Source: Minutocellus sp. GHC0000111 | Lineage: Eukaryota | Direction of reading: 5' to 3' | Assembly (NCBI GenBank): GCA_977018835.1 | Contig: OZ361256.1 | Span: forward strand, 7,006,001-7,070,000 | Length of the DNA: 64,000 nucleotides | In this document: piece by piece, positions 58,678 to 64,000 of the stretch | How positions within the stretch are numbered: the first letter of the stretch is position 1 | Layout: each line of letters starts with the position of its first letter | The notes under the pieces: generated by a model | What the model was told of the DNA's origin: nothing | Seen by the model: the letters and a program-made list of their open reading frames with translations, nothing else | Database searches by the model: none | Made by a program: the position numbers and the translations under genes

Positions 58678-60120
58678 TCAGGATGAAGATTCCGAGCTAT
58701 CATCCGAGTGACACGACGACATGGGTATTCTCCCTTGCCAGGCGGAGGCGGCCACCGAGGCCAGTAAGGCTTCCTGTGCTTCCGGTGCTGGTGGAAATCC
58801 AAAGGCCTGCTGCTGCATCTGTGTGTCAAGGCCCATCTGCGTCGAAGCTCGGTTGTATGCCTCAACCTGTGCTGCCAAAGCACGTTGCGCCACCTCGAAT
58901 GGACTTAGGATGTGTGCCTGGTTATTGTAGGGGCTATCACCGTTGCCGGCCCTGGACGTTGAAGCGCTGCTCGTGGTATTATCACCGCTAGCGCTCGGAA
59001 CGACCACCCTGTGAAGTAGTCCGGGATTGAATATTGGCACGGCGGATGGGGACGGCGAAGAAGGAAATGGACTATTGGCACCGGTATCGGACAGATGGTG
59101 CTGCGCTGTTGCTGACGCCGACGCGGCTGATGCGGACGCAGCGGCAGAAGCTGCAGGCACAGAAGTTGCCGAGGCTTGCACGCTCGTATCAACAGAGCTT
59201 TCCATGCTGACAACATTGGGATTTACGCCCCTTCCCATCTTTTCCTTGTTGCGACTTATGTGTCGTCGATGCTGCATCATTTCGTCCCTCTGTTTCTTCT
59301 TTCTTTTCTTCTGTAGCAGATAATTGCGCTGAATCGCCAAGGCCCGACCCCAGTGCTTGTCCCCTACAATTCGTCGCAAACGACGTGGTATGATCTCGGA
59401 CAGTTGTTGATATCCCGGATCACCGTCGCGCTTGCGCCGGTCACAATCCTTCAGAGCCCTCTTGGCCTCCAGCAGGAGTTGCGGATCGACCTTTTCGAGG
59501 TAGTGGAAAAGTAACCGGACGAGGACCAAAACGTTCAGCTGATGCGCACCGCCCACGGTTGCGCCGCCACCATCGCCAGCTCCTGCGTTTTCCATTATTT
59601 CGTCGTTCCGATCAGCTGCTGCCTCGTAGGGAGGGAAAGTGCGGGCATCGTCGATATCGTTCTCTCCCAACGCACTTGCGGAGCCTCCCGATGAGGAACA
59701 TCCACCCCCATCCTGCTCATCGTTCGCCTCGAGTGCCGCCGACGAAGGCGATGCGTTGCCGCCATTGCTATTGGTATTGGTATTGCTCCCCGTACTTCTT
59801 CTGCTTCCATGGCTATTGTCATCTGACGCATCACGCTCTCCCAATGGCAATACGTGCGCTTGTGCGTCCACCTGTGAATCAGGTATTCCCATGTTCGAGT
59901 CGGAATCGCTACAGTCGTTTTTGACCGGCGGGCTATTGCTCCTCGATCTTCTCCTGGAGGAAGAGGATGTGTTTCCTGTTGCTCGATTTATGCTGTTCTG
60001 CGCTTGAGCACTTCTGAGATTATTGTTGGAGTTGGTGCTATCTCGGCTGCTATTGTTGTTGCTATTGTTGTTATCTTCTCTTGGCTTTATGCCATCGCCT
60101 GTTTGGCGTATTCGCTTCAT
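58678..60120 (-). CDS. Hypothetical protein, copy 2
   Basis: Mirror of 13570-15003 with a 3-codon expansion of the Asn tract. Confidence 0.65.
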   Translation of the reverse strand: MKRIRQTGDGIKPREDNNNSNNNSSRDSTNSNNNLRSAQAQNSINRATGNTSSSSRRRSRSNSPPVKNDCSDSDSNMGIPDSQVDAQAHVLPLGERDASDDNSHGSRRSTGSNTNTNSNGGNASPSSAALEANDEQDGGGCSSSGGSASALGENDIDDARTFPPYEAAADRNDEIMENAGAGDGGGATVGGAHQLNVLVLVRLLFHYLEKVDPQLLLEAKRALKDCDRRKRDGDPGYQQLSEIIPRRLRRIVGDKHWGRALAIQRNYLLQKKRKKKQRDEMMQHRRHISRNKEKMGRGVNPNVVSMESSVDTSVQASATSVPAASAAASASAASASATAQHHLSDTGANSPFPSSPSPSAVPIFNPGLLHRVVVPSASGDNTTSSASTSRAGNGDSPYNNQAHILSPFEVAQRALAAQVEAYNRASTQMGLDTQMQQQAFGFPPAPEAQEALLASVAASAWQGRIPMSSCHSDDSSESSS

Positions 60121-60203
60121 GATTATCTCTGGGTGAATGGCATGCAGGATGCATGCAGGCCGGCAGCGGGCAGCAGCTGGATGAAACTTTCTAACTTGTC
60201 CTG

Positions 60204-60987
60204 AGCAGAAGGAAAAGGCTCTAGTAGTAGTCCTGCCATGAACACTGATCTCATCAGCAGTCATAGTGGTGGTCCCAACCCTCTAGCACAAGGTCAACGA
60301 ACGAGAATATGGCTTGCTCACAAATTACAGGGTGAATTGGTTGCTGAGAATGACCCATATGGCCGACCTTCTCTGCTGGATCGATTGCGCCGGGGAGGTG
60401 TGGGCAAGCCCAAGAAAAAGAGCCAAAACCGAGTCCATCTGAAGCCAGTGGGGAGATTAGATATGATGACCGAAGGTCTCCTTATACTGACCAATGATGG
60501 CAGCTACGCACGGGAGATGGAACTGCCAAGCAACAAGTTTCATCGTACGTACCGCGGTCGTGTTCATGGACGGCTCACGGAACCTAAGATGCGGGCCATA
60601 AGAAGCGGGGTTACGATCGACAACACCCAGTACCTTGGGATGGATGTAAAGATTGAAAAGGCATCGGCCAGGAGGGAGCAGTCGACCAACACATGGCTTC
60701 GAATCACCTGCAGTGAGGGTAAGAACAGGCAAATTAGAAAGGTAATGGAGCATCTAGGGCTCAAGGTAACTAGGCTCATCCGAACACAGTATGGCGACTA
60801 CTCCCTCAACACAATACCGCCTGGCATGGCAATTGAGGTGCCGGTGAAAGCACTTGATAAGCAAAAGAAGAAAGGCCAAGTTGTTTCGCCGGCAAGAAAG
60901 AGCAACCGAAAACAAAATAGAGGGACATCGAAAGGTGGCAGTGGCTCGGACGATAGGGCAATTGTTCAGTGGGTGCGCCATGCTTGA
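60204..60987 (+). pseudogene. 5'-truncated RluB-like pseudouridine synthase
   Basis: Arm-1 bases 12730-13487 are absent at junction 60202-60204, removing the start, presequence and S4 domain. GRLD is retained. Confidence 0.8.
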
Positions 60988-61229
60988 TGATCCTAAGAAT
61001 ATGGAAGTAAGATGTCCATCGTTTTTAATCGCGCAGCGGAGATAGCCTGAGTGGTCTTATACGTGAAAAGAAATTAATTCTCGGCATGACGCACGTGATA
61101 GCGTATTAATAAAAGTAAACCATAGCATGCAACAACAGCCTTATTTGTTTTATTATAAATTGTACACTTTGCTCTTCAGACGAAAGTCAGTCAAGTTAAG
61201 TTGGAAAATACATGCTACACCGACAAAAC

Positions 61230-62492
61230 TTAGCGAACCTCAAGACCAATGTCGGCAGACTGGTCCCTCAAGTTGTCCTGGAGCTCATCAATCTCCTCAT
61301 TCGTCAAACTGCGATCCATGGATCGGTAAGTGATGCGGTAGCATTTGGAAGTACGGTTCGTCTTGGGGTTGGTGAATTCGTCAATGAGATCGATCTTCTC
61401 AACAAGGTCACCAGCGACGCCTCGGGCCATCTCAAAGAAATCGTTCTCGACATAATCCTCGGGAAGCCAGAAGGCAATGTCCTTAAAGACGGGAGGGTAC
61501 TTCGAGTAGGGCTCAAACTTGGTAATCTGACCCTCCTTGAACTGGGAGTGGAATCGCTCGTCATCGGTCCAGAAGAGACGAATGTCGGGAATCTCGAAAA
61601 GGATCATGGCCAACCGCTCAAGACCAAGTCCGAAGGCCCAACCGCGACGCTCTGATCGATCGGCCATACTTAGAACCTCCTCATGGATCACACCGCATCC
61701 AAGCACTTCGAGCCATTCGCCTTGGTACTTGATCTCCAATTCGAACGATGGCTCTGTGAAGGGGAAGTAATCCTCGGACCACTTCTTCTCGGTCTCACCG
61801 AAAAGATGGTCCATCAGCCCCTCGAGGACATTCTTCAGGTCATCGGCAATGGCCTGGCACTCTGGGCTCTTCACCCAATCCTCTCCCTTGAGATGGGAGG
61901 CCGAATCCATTTCCTTCTGATCGAATAGCTTGACACCCTCCAGCTGATGGAAGGCGGGATAATGCGAGGAGTCAATCTCATCACGTCGGTACACGTCTCC
62001 GGCGCAGAGGAAGGCCTCGTATCCGTCCCGCAGGTGCATGCTCTGATGGGCCGAGGTGTGCGTTCGGAGGAGGGTTTCGTCGCAGATGTAATACGTGTCG
62101 GAGGGGGAGCGACCGGGATGGTCGGGATCGATGCGAAGATCATCGAAACACTGCTTGGTCGTGACGATGGGATCCTCGGCGTCGAAGATTTTGTAATCGT
62201 CAGGGAGGGAGGCAAAGTACTCCTGGATCTTGGCCCGGATGATGCCGATGGGATGGTCGGGCTTGGTGTGGAGACCGCGGCCGACGAGGGCGGCGATGTG
62301 AGGGGGGACATTGTTGTTGGGATGGTCGCTCAGGTAACGCTCGGCGTTGGCGTAGTCCACCTCCTCAGCTACACTGGCCATTGCAAGGGCCGACGATGGC
62401 CGAGTCGCCGTCCTCGGCAAAGAGGAGAGCGGGGCCCATGCCATGGCGGCATCAAGAAGCACGGCGGATACACAAAGGGTGAGGAACTTCAT
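61230..62492 (-). CDS. Organellar PheRS, copy 2
   Basis: Mirror of 10427-11689 (SKCY vs SKSY). Confidence 0.95.
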   Translation of the reverse strand: MKFLTLCVSAVLLDAAMAWAPLSSLPRTATRPSSALAMASVAEEVDYANAERYLSDHPNNNVPPHIAALVGRGLHTKPDHPIGIIRAKIQEYFASLPDDYKIFDAEDPIVTTKQCFDDLRIDPDHPGRSPSDTYYICDETLLRTHTSAHQSMHLRDGYEAFLCAGDVYRRDEIDSSHYPAFHQLEGVKLFDQKEMDSASHLKGEDWVKSPECQAIADDLKNVLEGLMDHLFGETEKKWSEDYFPFTEPSFELEIKYQGEWLEVLGCGVIHEEVLSMADRSERRGWAFGLGLERLAMILFEIPDIRLFWTDDERFHSQFKEGQITKFEPYSKYPPVFKDIAFWLPEDYVENDFFEMARGVAGDLVEKIDLIDEFTNPKTNRTSKCYRITYRSMDRSLTNEEIDELQDNLRDQSADIGLEVR

Positions 62493-62597
62493 CGCTTCTT
62501 CTGCTACGATCTACGTTCGAGACGAACTAAAAATGAGCACATGGTCTGGAGCGATCTCACTGGGCTGACTCACTCGCAGAGCAAAACGAGTCAGGCG

Positions 62598-64000
62598 GGC
62601 ACTCGAAAGGATTTGAAAGTGACGTGATGATGACGTATTAGAAACACGACCACACCAGACCAAAAATCCAAGCTCACGGCCAAGATGGAAGTCGGGGCAA
62701 GAACCAAGCCATGGTCACCAACTTCTACATATAGTCGAGAGATATTGTGCACCAGAACCAATAAATGTACATTATGTGATGATTTTTTTCGACATTTGCA
62801 TTCCTCACCCCGGGAAAAAATACATTTTTGGAAGCACCAAATCAAAATGTAATGAACAGAAATGGACATGCTGCTGTGATAAGTTGTAGCAAATCAATGA
62901 CTCCATCGTCTTCATCATTTTCATCTATGTCGTCCTCAATGTCATCATCTTCGCCGGGAGCATCAATTGGCCAGAGTGGTTCACCATCCTCTTCAGCTTC
63001 TTCCTCGGCAATTTTTGCGAGAGACCAGCCTTTCCCCGTCTGGTCTCCACAAGATTGTTGCCACCGCCACGACTTCTCTTGATGTTGTTATGTGTCACTG
63101 GAAGTTTTCCAAATACATTGAGAAAGGCCTCTTTTGATGCGACATTGGCCCATGCTTTCATCACAGTCTTGTCAAGAGCATTCGCATCATTCTTCTGACC
63201 GCGATGCTCCTTTTCGACGGCCGACTGCAAAGACATCCAGATGCCGAGATCAAGAACATTTGTCTCGGGCGACCGAGGAACCTGCTGGATTATCTCAATC
63301 TTATGTTTGTTTTTGAGGTCCTCGGTGTGCTTCTCAACTGCTTCATTGGACCCATGACCGCCGGCATTGTCCATCACAAGACATGTAACATCAGACTCCT
63401 GAACATTTTGTGGATCCCACTTCACCCAATGATGTGCGTCTCGAATCGCCTTCCCGACCTCATTCATGGTCTCTAACATCCATTTGGAGTCGCAGCTACA
63501 GTCCTTGGTAACCTTATCGCCCCGTTGATACCGCACCCCGAGCTCAAGGTCGTCGATCTCAACCTTCACCTTCTCTCCATTGCCATCAGGAGTGTGTCGC
63601 TTGAGACTCGAGATCTTTTGATTGCAGCCAACAGCGCGGCATGCTTGCGACATTTTGCCTGACCGTCGGATTTATAGTCCTCGCATTGAAGTTCCAATCG
63701 CTCTGTAACAAACTCAGAAAGGCCGTAGATTTCGGCAACGTGGTCGCAAAGATGGCCGGCGGTCATGTCAGCATTCTCGTCGTAAATGTCGCGCCAATCT
63801 TTGTCATTTTTTAGCGCATCGGAGCATCTGGAGAGAAATTCTGATTACGCGTAAGCTTTTCCACCTTCTGCTCCCTGGCGACTCTCTTGATCATGATGCG
63901 CCCATTGAAATCAACGTCTTTGGTTTCATCCTTCATTGGTCGGCCAACAACTCCAAGATGCATAACTTTGACAGGGTGTCTTCTGGAGATCGAATTTTCG
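62598..64000 (-). mobile_element. Tc1/mariner DD39D-type transposon, frameshifted, runs off the window
   Basis: SRRHPVKVMHLGVVGRP...FNGRI. In DNAGGHG...QVPRSPETNVLDLG there are 39 residues between the two Asp. Confidence 0.88.

Larger units (their letters stand above)
46421..62597. repeat. Arm 2 of the inverted duplication (or alternate haplotype)
   Basis: Reverse complement of 10318-27254 with scattered SNPs and indels. Confidence 0.97.

Overview
Gene-dense eukaryotic nuclear DNA, almost certainly from a diatom. The evidence is a ZEP1-type epoxidase, bipartite signal+transit presequences (AMA-WAP, VLA-FAP, VHG-FAL) and short GT-AG introns. About 20 distinct host genes are present: an iGluR-like channel (missed by the ORF track), an MMPL-derived protein, SUV3, organellar PheRS, an RluB-like synthase, proteasome beta3-like and alpha-like subunits with signal peptides, an acylphosphatase-like protein, copper amine oxidase, DDX41, a two-pore channel, ZEP1, an ADF-H/villin-headpiece protein, SPCS2, Sar1, importin-beta and several hypotheticals. 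A ~17 kb block (10318-27254) recurs inverted and nearly identical at 46421-62597, starting exactly after a 200-N gap and ending at a DD39D mariner. It may be a mis-scaffolded second haplotype, and the two arms carry largely complementary lesions. Two TpA-centred signals stand out. (i) Both transposon relics show patchy loss of TpA with apparent Tyr->His/Cys changes, suggesting a TA->CA/TG 'reverse-RIP' hypermutation. (ii) Host intergenic DNA is full of chained TA-bounded palindromes (TACATGTA, TACCGGTA, TAGATCTA, TAGGCCTA) resembling Tc1/mariner footprints, and one related TA-bounded scar is polymorphic between the arms. Several 1-nt frameshifts in otherwise conserved genes suggest the assembly has indel errors. 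Family assignments come from motif recognition, not database searches.
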